DNA of 64,000 bases, taken from a virus (taxonomy: Duplodnaviria; Caudoviricetes). Where the stretch lies: the IMG/VR virus record IMGVR_UViG_3300015615_000196, positions 192,001 to 256,000 of that record; one strand, given 5' to 3'. Below the pieces are notes generated by a model that was given only the letters and a program-made list of their open reading frames with translations, had not been told where the DNA came from and ran no database searches. Each line of letters begins with the position of its first letter. Positions within the stretch are counted from its first letter, which is position 1. Made by a program: the position numbers and the translations under genes. Positions 62,801 to 64,000 of the stretch are shown piece by piece.

Positions 62801-63928
62801 ATGGATATAGAAAAGTACCGTAAGCTAAAAGAAGAGATCAGAAACAAGAGTTTTGAGAAAAAATACACTACTGTTGACTGGATTCTCTACTATGCCTCAT
62901 TCTTTGGTAATATAGCATCAATTTTCTTCGCATTTTTCCTTTGGTTTCCATCCCTTTTAAAGACGATAACCCTACACGTAGCTGATAATAGCCTTACATA
63001 CGGTATTGCCGTTCTAAGCACCATTATCTTGCTCACATTGGTTGAATTTTTAAAACGTGGGATACTCGGTATTTTTTCATCGGAGTTCATTGAAGCCAAA
63101 ATGAGAATTGCCACCCGATCAATATTTGGGTTGTTTGTTTTCAGTCTTGGTATTCTTGCATTGAGTTTTTACTTCTCCATTAACGGAGCAATTGAGTTCT
63201 CAAAGACCAGTGGTAAGACCAACATAGCAGTGGAAGCCAGTAGTAAGGCAATGCTCGATAGTTTGGTGAAGGTAAATGAAAGAGAGAAGCGTCCGATTCA
63301 AGAAGAACTTACTTCGTTACGTGAATCGAACAAGAACATACGTCAGAAGCGTGATGATACTCCACTTGAACAACGTACTGCCCGTTATCAATACAATGTG
63401 TTGATTAACGAGAATGAAAAACTGATTGCTGAGAATACAAAGAAACTGGAAGCACTTGAGAAGGGATTTCAGACCGACATCATTAAACTCAAATCAGAAG
63501 AATCAAAAACTAAAGAAGAAAATGTGAAGGGCGATGAAAGCAATGTTTTACTGTTCTTGCTCGTCTCTACTTTCATCGAAGTGATCATCGTAATTGGTGT
63601 GTACTTTCGACAACTTTATATTCACCGTGCATTCTACGAAGCCGAGCAAAAACTTGAGCCATTGGTAAGAAAACGAGACAAGTATGAAACACTACTTCGT
63701 ATTGTCTACAAGAATGGTGAGGTAAAACAAGATGAACAAATTATCAGTCTCACCAAACTTACTGAAATCGTGAGAACGAAGGGTGCTGCATTCACACCAA
63801 AGCACGTAAAAGACTTCTATACTGAAATGACCCACTTGGGTGCATTCAAAATTGCTGCAAATAAACGCTGGACTTTGGTTTCTTATGACGAAGCTAAAAA
63901 ACTCATTACAAGCCTCGAAAATCTATAA
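62801..63928 (+). CDS. Membrane protein with coiled-coil region
   Basis: Three N-terminal TM segments, long coiled coil, a fourth TM segment and a soluble C-terminus. Confidence 0.7.
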   Translation: MDIEKYRKLKEEIRNKSFEKKYTTVDWILYYASFFGNIASIFFAFFLWFPSLLKTITLHVADNSLTYGIAVLSTIILLTLVEFLKRGILGIFSSEFIEAKMRIATRSIFGLFVFSLGILALSFYFSINGAIEFSKTSGKTNIAVEASSKAMLDSLVKVNEREKRPIQEELTSLRESNKNIRQKRDDTPLEQRTARYQYNVLINENEKLIAENTKKLEALEKGFQTDIIKLKSEESKTKEENVKGDESNVLLFLLVSTFIEVIIVIGVYFRQLYIHRAFYEAEQKLEPLVRKRDKYETLLRIVYKNGEVKQDEQIISLTKLTEIVRTKGAAFTPKHVKDFYTEMTHLGAFKIAANKRWTLVSYDEAKKLITSLENL

Positions 63929-63947
63929 TTAATCGCGTTTTGTTTCT

Positions 63948-63956
63948 GTATTTATA
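63948..63956 (+). promoter_or_regulatory. Putative late promoter GTATTTATA
   Basis: Intergenic, before ATG 63976. Confidence 0.6.
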
Positions 63957-63975
63957 AAGAAACAGAGACGAAACA

Positions 63976-64000
63976 ATGAGCAATAATCGAAGTGCTTTTG
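63976..64000 (+). CDS. Start of a gene truncated by the window edge
   Basis: ATG after the late motif; frame open to the end of the window. Confidence 0.45.

Noticed and set aside
287-63114. Many minus-strand and short alternative-frame ORFs in the track
   Set aside because: All overlap long + strand genes and lack recognisable motifs; they are shadows of codon bias and Gly/Thr/Ala-rich repeats.
210-63928. Stop-codon reassignment as in some large phages
   Set aside because: Genes are full length and tightly packed in code 11; TAA, TAG and TGA all serve as stops.

Overview
A 64 kb segment of a large myovirus-like (jumbo) phage genome. The host is probably in Bacteroidota, inferred from TAnnTTT[G/A] promoter boxes, the lack of Shine-Dalgarno motifs, an SprB-like repeat and a Bacteroidota-type tail-collar fibre. 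All credible genes are on the + strand in the standard code. Layout: (1) 1-2.5 kb, two tandem structured non-coding repeats, a TerD-domain protein and a downstream structured RNA/terminator; (2) 2.6-26.8 kb, a mosaic island of Gly/Thr/Ser-rich virion fibre or decoration proteins (YadA-like repeats, S74 chaperone, C1q-like ends) plus small membrane proteins; (3) 26.9-33.4 kb, SNF2 helicase and family B DNA polymerase; (4) 33.4-44.4 kb, putative head-packaged effectors (NUDIX, WYL, kinase-kinase-CCA-adding polyprotein, ParB-like) and a GT-B glycosyltransferase; (5) 44.5-57.8 kb, baseplate/tail genes with a tandem glycosyltransferase pair beside a poly-Thr tail protein; (6) 57.8-64 kb, RHH protein, RuvC-like resolvase, GIY-YIG, metallophosphoesterase, primase, ECF sigma factor and a membrane protein. 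A GTATTTAT motif precedes most structural and effector operons. The best candidates for undescribed systems are the ncRNA-repeat/TerD locus, the protease-cleavable injected effector cassette with a tRNA CCA-adding enzyme, and a virion O-glycosylation module. All family calls come from motif recognition by eye; no database searches were run.
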